A stretch of 64,000 nucleotides of DNA, taken from positions 32,001-96,000 of IMG/VR virus record IMGVR_UViG_3300026097_000011; one strand, 5' to 3'. Origin of the DNA: a virus. Of the stretch, positions 1-10,171 are shown one piece after another; position 1 is the first letter of the stretch; every line of letters begins with the position of its first letter. The translations under genes were made by a program, and so were the position numbers. A model generated the notes under the pieces. It did no database searches. It was given only the letters and a program-made list of their open reading frames with translations, and had not been told where the DNA came from.

Positions 1-1493
1 TTAAAAAGGCTAAAAATAGAAAATTCAATCAAAGCAAAAAGAGGTTCATTATCACATGGGCACAAAACAACACCCCCGTTCATCCAATATTTTTAAAGAA
101 TATCGAAGCATATGCAAAGTATATCAAAGCAGATATTCACGTTATAGCAGGAAGATACAAAAATCCAACTTCAGTATTTACGGACAGAGAATATGACAGA
201 TGGCACGAACCAGTTTTGAAGTACTTAGATGCAGCAAGACATGATGTACATAAATATCTTTCTATTATGTCAGATGTTAAAGTGCAACCAACCGCAGTTA
301 ATCCTATGACTGGAATGCAAGGAATGTCAGGAATTAATTCATGTATATTTGGATCTCCTAAACTTCAACTGGAAATGATTCCAGTTTTAGAAGGATGTAA
401 ACCAAAAATGATGATGACTACTGGAGCGTGTACTAAAGCAAATTACACAGATTCTAAATCAGGTAAGAAAGGAGAATTTCACCATACGTTAGGATTTGTA
501 GTTGTTGAGATTAAAGACGATGATACATTTTTTACAAGACAAGTAAGCGCAGATGAAGATGGAAACTTTATAGACTTATACTATGATATATGGTTTGACG
601 GAGAAGAACAAGATATTGATTTTTCAAATGAACCGTTTCCAGCAATAGCAAAAATAGAGTGGATAAAATCCAATTTTGGAGAAGATCCTACTGAATGGGT
701 TGGAGAAACTGACATTGCAAGAATAGATAAAGTTGATGCTTGTGTATTAGGAGATTTACACTTTGGCAACGAGGATAAAGAAGTAATAGAGGGATCCAAG
801 AAACTTATGAGTGAATTGAGACCAAGTCACGTCATACTACATGATGTATTTGACGGATCTTCTATTAATCATCATGAATCAAAAGATCCATTTGCTCAAT
901 ATAGAAAAGAAGTAAGAGGAACTAACGACTTGAAAAAAGAAGTTGATTATATGCTAGATCAATTAGCAATGTTTGAAGAATATGATAATGTTGTGGTTGT
1001 TAGAAGTAACCATGATGACTTTTTAGATAGATGGCTGAAGAATGAAGATTGGAAAAAGATGCCAACTGCTAAGAATTCTATGGAGTATATGAAATATAGT
1101 CAAATACTCCTTAAGCAATATGCAAAAGCACCTCAAGTAAAGGGGGTTATTCCTGAATTAATCAATGATGTTTATCCTGAGTTCATTACATTAGGAAGAA
1201 GTGATAGTTATATAGTCAATGGATGGGAACTAGCATGTCACGGAGATGTAGGATCAGGTGGATCAAGAGGGTCACTACAACAATTCAGAAAACTAAATAC
1301 GAAAATTATAACTGGTCACTCTCATACACCGGGTAGAAAGGACGGAGCATTAGCAGTTGGAACTTCTACTATTATGCGAATGGGTTACAATATAGGGCCA
1401 AGTAATTGGTTACAATCTCATGTTATTATCCATAAAAACGGAAAAGCTCAACATGTACACTTTATAGATGGAGAATATACAACATTTAAATAA
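1..1493 (+). CDS. T5 A1-like metallophosphoesterase/nuclease, 5'-truncated by window edge
   Basis: Frame is open from nt 3 (KRFIITWAQNNTPVH...) into ORF 216..1493; calcineurin-like motifs GDLH, HDVFD, SNHD, CHGD, GHSH. Confidence 0.7.
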   Translation, partial: KKAKNRKFNQSKKRFIITWAQNNTPVHPIFLKNIEAYAKYIKADIHVIAGRYKNPTSVFTDREYDRWHEPVLKYLDAARHDVHKYLSIMSDVKVQPTAVNPMTGMQGMSGINSCIFGSPKLQLEMIPVLEGCKPKMMMTTGACTKANYTDSKSGKKGEFHHTLGFVVVEIKDDDTFFTRQVSADEDGNFIDLYYDIWFDGEEQDIDFSNEPFPAIAKIEWIKSNFGEDPTEWVGETDIARIDKVDACVLGDLHFGNEDKEVIEGSKKLMSELRPSHVILHDVFDGSSINHHESKDPFAQYRKEVRGTNDLKKEVDYMLDQLAMFEEYDNVVVVRSNHDDFLDRWLKNEDWKKMPTAKNSMEYMKYSQILLKQYAKAPQVKGVIPELINDVYPEFITLGRSDSYIVNGWELACHGDVGSGGSRGSLQQFRKLNTKIITGHSHTPGRKDGALAVGTSTIMRMGYNIGPSNWLQSHVIIHKNGKAQHVHFIDGEYTTFK

Positions 1494-1961
1494 TTAGTCT
1501 ATTTTTCCAAATGTATGATTACCTATTACCACCGTTTTGGTCCATTTTTTAGTCCAATATGGTGGTTTTATTTTATTATGTGCATAATATAATGTAGCAC
1601 CCTTAGTTATATCACTGATTTCTTTCTTAGCAATAGATAGGGCATTATCCCACTTATCATGAGACTTATATTTTTTAATTATTGAATTTATTTTATCCTT
1701 ATTGAAATCTGATTTTCTTGATACTCCACTAGTTGCACTGTTCCACATTGAAAATTGCTTAGGTCTAAGAGCCTCACCTGCTGGTGAAGTTCCTTTCTTG
1801 GAAGCTCTATTATCTAGTACGTTTTTAATAGCTTTCATCCCGCTACCTAATTCTCCCCCTGCTTCTCCAATTAAAGTTGCTGCTACTACTTCTGCATCGT
1901 CAACATTTGAGATGTATGAACTTTCAATAAGGGACCAATCATTATAATTCAATATAGACAT
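1494..1961 (-). CDS. SleB/CwlJ-like cell wall hydrolase (Hydrolase_2)
   Basis: ATLIGEAGGE, V.DNR, PKQFSMWN, DITKGATLYY, PYW, IGNHTF motifs. Confidence 0.88.
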   Translation of the reverse strand: MSILNYNDWSLIESSYISNVDDAEVVAATLIGEAGGELGSGMKAIKNVLDNRASKKGTSPAGEALRPKQFSMWNSATSGVSRKSDFNKDKINSIIKKYKSHDKWDNALSIAKKEISDITKGATLYYAHNKIKPPYWTKKWTKTVVIGNHTFGKID

Positions 1962-1974
1962 ATTATTAATTGTA

Positions 1975-2010
1975 TTTTTATTATTTATTTGTTTTGATAA
2001 ATAATAAAAA
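1975..2010. promoter_or_regulatory. Back-to-back divergent late promoters (ATAAATAATAAAAA on each strand)
   Basis: Exact 14-mer at 1975-1988 (-) and 1997-2010 (+), each just upstream of a start codon; resembles T4 late TATAAATA. Confidence 0.75.
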
Positions 2011-2022
2011 GTTTAATTTCAA

Positions 2023-2226
2023 ATGGCCGATACTAAACACAAAGATGCAAGTTGGAAAAACATAAAAGATTGGGCAAAAGGAAAATCTCGATTAGAAGTC
2101 GGAGTAGTTCAACATCCAGATGAAGATCCAAAAACCTCTATTATAGATTATATGAGAAAGAATAAAACTAAAAGAAAGGAATTACATATTTTGCCATTTG
2201 GACAATACGAAAAAATGGGTAAATAA
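2023..2226 (+). CDS. Small basic late protein
   Basis: ORF right after late motif; TAATG-coupled to next gene; C-terminal HILPFGQY. Confidence 0.6.
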   Translation: MADTKHKDASWKNIKDWAKGKSRLEVGVVQHPDEDPKTSIIDYMRKNKTKRKELHILPFGQYEKMGK

Positions 2227-2978
2227 TGAGCGGGCATATTACTACATATAAAGAATGGAGAAAGATTCAAGAATCAATAGTAGATGCTGAAACCGCAGTT
2301 AAAATTGCAAAGAATCATGGTCTTAAGCTTAAGCCATATAGTGCGAATAATCCAAAGCCTAAAAAGCATTTAGATAAATTTCCAAAGGGAGCTCCTGAGT
2401 TAGTATCAGCTGTTTCAACATATGGAAGTGCTAAATTCGATTCAGACTTGATTGATATTGTTGATAAAATTCAAGATGAGACTAAAATCAAACTTAATAT
2501 TACAGGAGGAGATGATTGGTATCATAGAAAATACAAAAGTAGGCATAGTTCAGGAAAGGCAATTGACTTTGTCATTGATGGACCTGCTACAAACGACAGA
2601 CAAACTAAGATCGAAAAGGCTGTTGTTAATATTATGAAGTCTGGGGAATATCCAAACTTAGGAATGATTAATGAATATAAAAATCCATCAGGTCACGCGA
2701 CAGCTGGACATTTTCATTTATCAACAGGGAAAACTACAGAATATTCTTACTTTTATTTTGTAAAGGACGCCGATGGCAATAGATTAACTGGAAAGGGAAG
2801 TGCATTTGATAATAAGATCAAAGAGATGGGTGGAGAAACTAAAGTATACCAGGGAAAAGATTTACCAGAAGTAACTGTGACAGCAAAAGGAAAAAAGGAA
2901 GCAGTAAAATTAGAACCTAAACCAATTGAACCAATTGAAACTGAGGCTAATGATATACCGCAAATGAAAACTTTTTAA
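2226..2978 (+). CDS. Zn peptidoglycan peptidase (M15/LAS-type), probable internal virion protein
   Basis: SRHSSGKAID (HxxxxxxD) and GHFHLS (HxH); N-terminal TTYKEW...IQES. Confidence 0.7.
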   Translation: MSGHITTYKEWRKIQESIVDAETAVKIAKNHGLKLKPYSANNPKPKKHLDKFPKGAPELVSAVSTYGSAKFDSDLIDIVDKIQDETKIKLNITGGDDWYHRKYKSRHSSGKAIDFVIDGPATNDRQTKIEKAVVNIMKSGEYPNLGMINEYKNPSGHATAGHFHLSTGKTTEYSYFYFVKDADGNRLTGKGSAFDNKIKEMGGETKVYQGKDLPEVTVTAKGKKEAVKLEPKPIEPIETEANDIPQMKTF

Positions 2979-2980
2979 TT

Positions 2981-3250
2981 ATGAAAGATAAGAAAATAGA
3001 AGAAGATATGTTAGCACCAGCTGACTCACCAGCATTTACTCAATCACCTATTCACCAGGTTCCAGCAACAGCTTCTCCTGGTGATAATATGGATACGTTT
3101 TCTCTAACTGGTCCTGGAAAATCTAAAACTACAGGTAAATCTGATAGTAAAAAAGATAATAAGAAACATCCTAAAAAGGAAGCTGCATCTTTTCCCTCTA
3201 ATAAAGTATTAACCTTTGAGGATTTCATGAATCAAAGAAGCACTAAGTAA
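2981..3250 (+). CDS. Small low-complexity late protein
   Basis: ORF; C-terminal VLTFEDFMN motif. Confidence 0.6.
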   Translation: MKDKKIEEDMLAPADSPAFTQSPIHQVPATASPGDNMDTFSLTGPGKSKTTGKSDSKKDNKKHPKKEAASFPSNKVLTFEDFMNQRSTK

Positions 3251-3276
3251 CGGAGGGCAATCATCTTTCTTTTCTG

Positions 3277-3290
3277 ATAAATAATAAAAA
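3277..3290 (+). promoter_or_regulatory. Late promoter motif
   Basis: Exact ATAAATAATAAAAA 12 nt before ATG 3303. Confidence 0.75.
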
Positions 3291-3302
3291 GATTGATTAT
3301 AT

Positions 3303-5294
3303 ATGGGAATTATACAAAACATAGGAGATGCATTTACTGACGCATTAGGTAATGGATTACTTAAAAATGAAGTTGGAAATGAATATGATGTTTTAAAAGG
3401 TCAATATATTTCATCAGAAGACGAAGAGCCACAGGCACACGTTGATAAAAAAGGTGGAGTTCCTGGAACATACTCAATATTTAACCCATTTAGAATATTT
3501 AGATATAGTGGATTTGGAATGAATGACCAAGAGTATTCACGTGATATGCATTTTGATTCTAAAGCTGTACCAGATTCTCCCGGTTTATTTGCTGGATTAT
3601 TAAAAGCACCTAATGAATTTGCAGAAGATGCGCCCGATGCACTTACAGCAAGTCAAAAGGTATTACAATCATTTAATGAGGCTAAGAAGTCAATGGAAAA
3701 TCCAACTGCTTCAGATATTATTAGATGGTCACATAAAGGAAAATCAAACAGTCCTGTTCCATATTCACCTCAAGATTTTATATGGTGTAAATACTATGGA
3801 AAGGTTCCTAATAACAGAATGGTTACTTTAAGAAGATATCCAATACCAATTGAAGATGATATTAGAATACATGATGATAAAGCACCACTTGTTCCAATAG
3901 CACAAGCAGTTACATGGTATGGAGCAGATATAGATAATGATTTAAACACTATACTAAATATATCATGGGGATTAAATTGGACAGATAGAAATTCTAAAGT
4001 TCAAGATATTGCAGGTAATGAAATAACAGTTGAACAAATCGCAGAAGCAGCTGGATTATCCACATCTGAAAATCAAAAGATAATTGATATATTAAAAGCT
4101 CAAGTATTTTCAGGAAGTGGCACTCAAGATATCTTAAAATTATCTGGATACGATAGTGAAATTCAACAATATATTAAAGATGCCTATGGATCAGAGGGTC
4201 CATATTGGAATAGAATATTAGGTCCAGTTAATGTAATTGATAAGACATTAATTAGAGATAGAGGGTTTAAAGATACTACACAGAATCCTATTACTATGAA
4301 TTTTGAGTATTCTCTTAGGTCACATGGTGGAATTAATCCTAAGATTGCATTTTTAGATTTACTAACAAATATTTTAAGTTTAACATATAATACTGCTCCT
4401 TTCTGGGGTGGAGGTGCTAGATATTTCCAAACAACTGGTGTAACTACTCCTAATTTTGGAATGGAAAATTCCATGTTAGATGGAGATGTAGCAGGAGGAT
4501 TAACGCAAGGAGCTGAACAATTAGCAGCATTAGCACAAAAGAATATTAATAGCTTAGTTGATTTTGCAAAAGAGATAGCAGGAGGAAAATATAATTCAGC
4601 AGATGGAACACCCGATGGAGAAGCAATTCAAGAAGCAAGACGAGAATTAGATAGAAAATTTAAAACTGCAGCTGATCCAATATCTAAAATGTTAGCACCT
4701 AGGTTAGGAAAGTTAATGAGAAAACCTTTAATATACAGAGCAATATTAGATGGTAGAGCAGTTGGTGAATGGCATCTTACTGTTGGAAACCCGATGAATC
4801 CAATAGCAATGATTGGAAATCTATGTTTAGATAATGTAGAAATGAAACTTGGAGATAAGTTAGGAATTGACGATTTTCCAACAGAGTTTTCATTCAAAGT
4901 TACGTTAAAACACGGAAGACCTAGAGCAAAACAAGATATAGAATCAATGTTTAACTTAGGTAAAGGTAGAATGGGATTCGATCAATTAGCTCCTCCAAGT
5001 TCAGCAAGAAATTCATATGGAGAAACTAATACTAGAAGACAAAATGCTTTATATGAAGGAATAGATCCAGAAAACGCAGCTGCAGGTGGAACAGTTTCAA
5101 CAGGAGCAAGTGTTGAAGATATTAACCTTAACGAATCTAAAGCGTCTATTCCATTTGATGTAACAGGAGGAGCTGGTAATTTAGATAAAATAGTAAGAAG
5201 ATACTCAAGACAGGTAGGTAACCTATATGGATCTTTTTACGAATCGAGTCCAGTATTAACTGACTATTTTAAACAATTAAAAACTCAAGACTAA
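3303..5294 (+). CDS. Baseplate/tail-tube initiator-like structural protein
   Basis: First gene of baseplate operon after late motif; C-terminal GNLCLDNVEM...DDFPTEFSFKVTL beta region resembling tube-initiator folds. Confidence 0.45.
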   Translation: MGIIQNIGDAFTDALGNGLLKNEVGNEYDVLKGQYISSEDEEPQAHVDKKGGVPGTYSIFNPFRIFRYSGFGMNDQEYSRDMHFDSKAVPDSPGLFAGLLKAPNEFAEDAPDALTASQKVLQSFNEAKKSMENPTASDIIRWSHKGKSNSPVPYSPQDFIWCKYYGKVPNNRMVTLRRYPIPIEDDIRIHDDKAPLVPIAQAVTWYGADIDNDLNTILNISWGLNWTDRNSKVQDIAGNEITVEQIAEAAGLSTSENQKIIDILKAQVFSGSGTQDILKLSGYDSEIQQYIKDAYGSEGPYWNRILGPVNVIDKTLIRDRGFKDTTQNPITMNFEYSLRSHGGINPKIAFLDLLTNILSLTYNTAPFWGGGARYFQTTGVTTPNFGMENSMLDGDVAGGLTQGAEQLAALAQKNINSLVDFAKEIAGGKYNSADGTPDGEAIQEARRELDRKFKTAADPISKMLAPRLGKLMRKPLIYRAILDGRAVGEWHLTVGNPMNPIAMIGNLCLDNVEMKLGDKLGIDDFPTEFSFKVTLKHGRPRAKQDIESMFNLGKGRMGFDQLAPPSSARNSYGETNTRRQNALYEGIDPENAAAGGTVSTGASVEDINLNESKASIPFDVTGGAGNLDKIVRRYSRQVGNLYGSFYESSPVLTDYFKQLKTQD

Positions 5295-5296
5295 TT

Positions 5297-5905
5297 ATGT
5301 TAATCAGTAGAATTTTATCAAGAAAAAGAATTATAACTAAATTTACCCAACAGGTAACTGATTTAATTTATAGCACATTCTCATTTCCAGATGAAACTGA
5401 TGGTGCTGGTGTGGTTGCAGTTGGTGAATATGAAAACATGAGACCTGATCTAATGGCAGATAGATTATATGGAGATCAAAGTAAATGGGATGCTATTTTG
5501 AAATATAATGGTATATCAAATCCTTTTTCAATTCAAACTGGAGATTTATTATACGCTGTACCATTTTCAGCATTAGAATCAGTATATGTTTCTCCTAGTG
5601 TAATTCAAGAAAGAGAACAAAAGCAAGAATCTGGTTCAAGAGCTCAACCTGCTAGCAAAAAAGATAAGAATAGGGTTAGAAACTTAGAACGAAAAAATGC
5701 TAGAAATGCAGATGGAGTAAACGTAGGAGAAAATGGAGAACTTCCACCTAATTTATCTAAGGTTGGAGACAAAAGTGTTAAAGTAAAAGATGGTAGACTA
5801 ATATTTGGAGAAGATGTTACTACTGTGAATAAAGAAAACTGTCCAGTTCCAATTTCTAGATCTAGATTACAAGCAGCATTACTTAAAGATAAATTATTTT
5901 TATAA
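5297..5905 (+). CDS. Baseplate wedge protein, gp53/LysM-like
   Basis: RPDLMADRLYGD..KWDAILKYNGISNPF..GD.L.VP motif. Confidence 0.75.
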   Translation: MLISRILSRKRIITKFTQQVTDLIYSTFSFPDETDGAGVVAVGEYENMRPDLMADRLYGDQSKWDAILKYNGISNPFSIQTGDLLYAVPFSALESVYVSPSVIQEREQKQESGSRAQPASKKDKNRVRNLERKNARNADGVNVGENGELPPNLSKVGDKSVKVKDGRLIFGEDVTTVNKENCPVPISRSRLQAALLKDKLFL

Positions 5906-5908
5906 TAT

Positions 5909-7399
5909 ATGGCAAAGAAAGATTTAATAAAGGTAATAACGGATCCAAAGGTTCCACTTAAAGAGCTATGGTCAACAGACACAGGTAGTGTATCTGTTGA
6001 GAACCCATTTATTATACCAGGTAAAGGAACTAGAACAGCTGCTATGAGCGTTGGATCAGATGTACCATTTGTTAAGATTAATTCTATTCCCATTACTGAA
6101 ATTGATTTATTAATAATAGATGAAACTGGAATAGTACCTAAAATTAAGATTATATTTATGGATGGATCAGGTGCATTGACTGGAGCCAATTATCCTAAGA
6201 ATGATCCGATTTTAAGCCTCTATATTAAGTCTCAAAATAGTAAATTTAAACCAATTAGATGTGACTTTTTAATTACTAATATTAAAACTAATCAGGACCC
6301 AGTATTAAATGCCGAAAATATTGACATAGGCGCAAACTTTATTATGACAGGCGAATTATACATACCTAAAATATATAAAAACGTATCCAAGAGCTATAGA
6401 AATATGAACTCAAAAGATACGCTTAAGAAGATTGCATCAGAAACTGATTTAGGATTTGCATGTAACGAGTTTATAACAAATGACAAGATGACGTGGTTAA
6501 ACACTAATAGTAGCAGTTTAAATTTTATAGATCATGTATCAAAACATTCTTATTTAGATGATGATACATTCTTTACGTCATTCATAGATAAATTTTATCA
6601 CTTGAATTTTATTAATGTTGCTGAACAATTGAATCTGGCAAATGAACATAATATGACATATGATAATACTGTGGATTCATCAGAGTTAGACATATCAGAA
6701 AAAGTGGCAAGTGAAATAGATAATGATAAATTATCTGAAATGCTAAGTGTTGCAGGTTTAACAAATAAAGATGAATACAGAGGGAAGCCTGAGTACATTA
6801 TAAATTATTATTTAATGGGAAATACTGGAAGTATATTAAAGAACAAAGGATATAAAAAGAAAGTATACTACTATGATCCTTCACTAGAAGACGAAAATAG
6901 ATTTACTAGTTTTTTTGTAAATCCTATTGAAATCAAAGGATATACTGGAGAAAACAAAGGATTAGAACCTGATGATGAATCTTTAAGAGAATCAATTATT
7001 AAAAAATGGATGAATATTGATTATGGAAATGCTCATCCTGAATGGAATGCATCGGCACTTATCAATGATCATAACAACAGCGAGCTTAACAAAGTAAAAC
7101 TTAAAGTTGAGACTGCTGGTATTAATTTTCAAGTTAATAGAGGTGCTTCAATTCCTGTGATGATGTATTTTCCACCAACTACATATTTAGAAAAAGACAT
7201 ACAAAGAGCAGATGGAAGCGCTAAGACACAAACTCCTATTAATATACAGGACTCGGTACCAGACGGGATTATATCTGGAAAATACTATGTAAGTGGCGTT
7301 AGATATATCTATGATAGATTAAATGACTCATTTCCATTTAAAACTGAATTTCAATTAGCTAGGGTTAATTGGTTAGGTGAAAATAATATAGTTCAATAA
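5909..7399 (+). CDS. Baseplate hub protein (gp27/gpD-like)
   Basis: Position between gp53-like and gp5-like genes; SGKYYVSGVRY C-terminal motif typical of hub proteins. Confidence 0.55.
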   Translation: MAKKDLIKVITDPKVPLKELWSTDTGSVSVENPFIIPGKGTRTAAMSVGSDVPFVKINSIPITEIDLLIIDETGIVPKIKIIFMDGSGALTGANYPKNDPILSLYIKSQNSKFKPIRCDFLITNIKTNQDPVLNAENIDIGANFIMTGELYIPKIYKNVSKSYRNMNSKDTLKKIASETDLGFACNEFITNDKMTWLNTNSSSLNFIDHVSKHSYLDDDTFFTSFIDKFYHLNFINVAEQLNLANEHNMTYDNTVDSSELDISEKVASEIDNDKLSEMLSVAGLTNKDEYRGKPEYIINYYLMGNTGSILKNKGYKKKVYYYDPSLEDENRFTSFFVNPIEIKGYTGENKGLEPDDESLRESIIKKWMNIDYGNAHPEWNASALINDHNNSELNKVKLKVETAGINFQVNRGASIPVMMYFPPTTYLEKDIQRADGSAKTQTPINIQDSVPDGIISGKYYVSGVRYIYDRLNDSFPFKTEFQLARVNWLGENNIVQ

Positions 7400-8532
7400 T
7401 GCCACATAATTTTACAGGGTTAAACCTCAAGCATGATAATTTTAGAAAAGGAATATATACGGATCCATATGATGAACCTACATATTTAACATTTGCGATA
7501 GATTTTAAATTTGAAGAAATACCTGTTCCTAATCCTACATCAGAAATAGGACTATCTAATAGTCCTTTATTTAATACAGGCGGACATTCAAGTGCTATTA
7601 ATTTCTTGATAAGTAGAGGATTTGATCCACAAGCAGATGGATTAGCAACATTTAGAGAAATATTAAGATACTTGACATATAAAGCACCTTGGTATTTCCA
7701 ATCAATTGGAGGACTAAGTGAAATGTATTCTCAAAATACAGATCAAAGTAAAGGATTTAAAACAAAGGATGTTGAGTTAAATATTAAAACATTAGAAGCA
7801 GTTGATTTACGCATCCATGAGTTAGCTGGATTATATAGAAATGCTATATTTGATAATAAATTCAGAAGAGAAAGAGTTCCAGATAACTTAAGGTGGTTTT
7901 CGATGGATGTGTATATTGCTGAATTTAGAAATTTAAGATATAGACTTCCAGGTATTTCACAAAATGTTGCTAATTCACTTGGTATAAATACTGGAGCAAT
8001 TGGTAATGTAGTAGGTGGTGGAAATTCATTTTCAAATGTAATGGAGCAATATGGATATGTTAAATTTGAATGCAGACAATGTGAATTTGACTTCTCAGAT
8101 ACACTACCTGTTGGAAGATCAATTGATATTGGAGGAAATGGAAGAAGGGCGGAGGAGAACGAATTCAAAATTAAAATAGGTTGGGTAAATGAAGAAGCTA
8201 AATTTGGAGATGGTAGTAAAATATATGATGATCCAATTAAAACTGACATTAAAAATCCATGGGGAAGTAGAAACGTCGGAGCAGGGGTTCAAAATGCAGG
8301 GAATTTCCTAAGTGGTCTACCTGTGATTGGTGAATCAATATCAAATGCTGGACAAAAAGCAATGAATGGACTTGCACAAATTGGAGGATTAATTAATCCT
8401 GCATTAGAAGCAGCAAGTAATTTCGTAGATAACCCAGTTGTAGACTTAGACGATTTATATAGAACAGGATATGAATCAAACGGAGATGAAAAGCCTAAGT
8501 GGAATAAACCAAATAGTGGAAACATTTACTAA
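7399..8532 (+). CDS. Tail tube-like baseplate junction protein (gp54/gp48-like)
   Basis: Operon context; WYFQSIGGL...LNIKTLEAVDLRI tube-fold-like segment. Confidence 0.4.
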   Translation: MPHNFTGLNLKHDNFRKGIYTDPYDEPTYLTFAIDFKFEEIPVPNPTSEIGLSNSPLFNTGGHSSAINFLISRGFDPQADGLATFREILRYLTYKAPWYFQSIGGLSEMYSQNTDQSKGFKTKDVELNIKTLEAVDLRIHELAGLYRNAIFDNKFRRERVPDNLRWFSMDVYIAEFRNLRYRLPGISQNVANSLGINTGAIGNVVGGGNSFSNVMEQYGYVKFECRQCEFDFSDTLPVGRSIDIGGNGRRAEENEFKIKIGWVNEEAKFGDGSKIYDDPIKTDIKNPWGSRNVGAGVQNAGNFLSGLPVIGESISNAGQKAMNGLAQIGGLINPALEAASNFVDNPVVDLDDLYRTGYESNGDEKPKWNKPNSGNIY

Positions 8533-8552
8533 CAAAAACAGTATAAATTAAT

Positions 8553-9350
8553 ATGAGAGACAATACTGGAGAAACAAACAAGCGCGAAGAAGACTATTTA
8601 GATAAAGCATATCTAGGAATAGTTGAAGACCCAAATGATCCTAATAAAGAAGGTCGATGTAAGATTAGAGTGTTCGGATTACACGAAAAAGAAATAGAAA
8701 CAGAGGATTTACCATGGGCATATCCTAAACAAAAGTCAGCGTACTTTGGACAAGATGGACAGGGTGGATCTATTTCAATTCCAAAGAAAGATTCAGTAGT
8801 AGCAGTTATGTTTAATAATGGAAATCTATATTCTCCAGAATATTACACAATCCAGGAACTTGCAACTGATGTTAGAGAAGAACTAGCAAAAGAAGGAGAA
8901 TATTTAGGAACTCACATTGTCCTATTTGATGGAGACGAGGAACTTAAAATATGGTTCACAGTTGACAAGGGAATAACAATGCAACTTAAAGATTCTAGAA
9001 TTAATATCGGTCAAGATAGAGCAATAACAGTTGAACACGCAGATAGCTCTTCTTCTATAGAATTACGTGGAGGAGAAATTAATATAAACTCTAACAGTAC
9101 GATTAATTTAACATCAGGAAGTGAGATTGAAGCTGCGTCTAATGATGTATGGATCAATGGTAATTTTGTAACAGTAGGACATGGACCCGTTAAACAACCA
9201 GCTGTACTTGGAGATAATTTATTCTTATGCTTAACTCAATTAGCATCCGTAATAGATGCCAAGTATTATCCGACACCGGGTGTTGCTACTGGAATAGTTA
9301 ATGCTTATAAGTCTTTAGCATTATCTCAGACTGTAGAAATTTCAATGTAA
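8553..9350 (+). CDS. Baseplate central spike, gp5 OB-fold type (no lysozyme domain)
   Basis: YLGIVEDPNDP..EGRCKIRVFGLH...DLPWA gp5 N-terminal motif followed by beta-repeat region. Confidence 0.85.
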   Translation: MRDNTGETNKREEDYLDKAYLGIVEDPNDPNKEGRCKIRVFGLHEKEIETEDLPWAYPKQKSAYFGQDGQGGSISIPKKDSVVAVMFNNGNLYSPEYYTIQELATDVREELAKEGEYLGTHIVLFDGDEELKIWFTVDKGITMQLKDSRINIGQDRAITVEHADSSSSIELRGGEININSNSTINLTSGSEIEAASNDVWINGNFVTVGHGPVKQPAVLGDNLFLCLTQLASVIDAKYYPTPGVATGIVNAYKSLALSQTVEISM

Positions 9351-9368
9351 ATTGAGTGTAATATAATC

Positions 9369-9576
9369 ATGGAAGATTATATTTGGAAGATATTACATGT
9401 GCCAACTGGATTATTTTATTGTTCACGTAAAGGAAGATTGCCATAAAGCTAATATTAATAAAGCTCAAGTTGAAGCACACAATCTTGAAACATTTCCTGC
9501 ATCATTTGCGTTTAGTAGAGCAGTAACTAGTGATTTTAAGATTGTAAAATATAAGCTTATTTCTTGTACAGATTAG
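9369..9576 (+). pseudogene. Frameshifted/internally deleted small gene remnant
   Basis: MEDYIWKILHVPTGLFYCSRKGR ends at TAA 9444-9446; +1 frame continues HKANINKAQVE...FKIVKYKLISCTD to TAG 9574-9576. Confidence 0.5.
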
Positions 9577-10171
9577 CTACATTCTCATATCTAACCATTT
9601 TATTTAGCATTGAATTTGGAGTAACGGATATCATATTATATCCAGTGGTTTTTAAATTACGAAAGTTATCAAACATTTTAATAAAGCGAGGATGATACCA
9701 ACCCCTGTCATGTTTATTCATTGCATTATGTTCCAATGTTTTCCAAAAATGACTTGGATAAGACCATTTTAGATTTATACCAGCCATGTAGAATACATAA
9801 TCACTCAATTTTCCAGGAAGAATCTGAGATCCTAGAATTCCTAATCCAGTTGATACTGAATCTGGAAATTGTCTTCTACTTTTTCTAGTATATTTTCGTA
9901 ACCAATGTGGAGTAGTTACTCCTTCTTTATTAATCCAATCACTTGAATAACATATACTATTAGCTACTAATTTGTTTTTATGAACATGATTTTCTTCTAA
10001 TTCTGTTAAAATATCTATATCGTGAAAGAAGTAATACGTTGGGTAGTGTTTTAACCATATTCTATTAACTCCAAATGTTTGAATTTTTGGATCAAGTCTA
10101 GAAAAATCAATATCGTTTATTGAAACTCCATTTCCAAGTACCAATATCTTTTTCTTAGTCATCAATTCCAT
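9557..10171 (-). CDS. Cst-II/Maf-like (sialyltransferase-type) glycosyltransferase
   Basis: KKILVLGNGVSINDIDFSRL...FGVNRI resembles the Cst-II N-terminus KKVIIAGNGPSLKEIDYSRL. Confidence 0.65.
   Translation of the reverse strand: MELMTKKKILVLGNGVSINDIDFSRLDPKIQTFGVNRIWLKHYPTYYFFHDIDILTELEENHVHKNKLVANSICYSSDWINKEGVTTPHWLRKYTRKSRRQFPDSVSTGLGILGSQILPGKLSDYVFYMAGINLKWSYPSHFWKTLEHNAMNKHDRGWYHPRFIKMFDNFRNLKTTGYNMISVTPNSMLNKMVRYENVANLYKK

Noticed and set aside
3259-3298. Hairpin enclosing the late motif (T4-style translational masking)
   Set aside because: Weak AT-only stem with a bulge; plausible by chance at this composition
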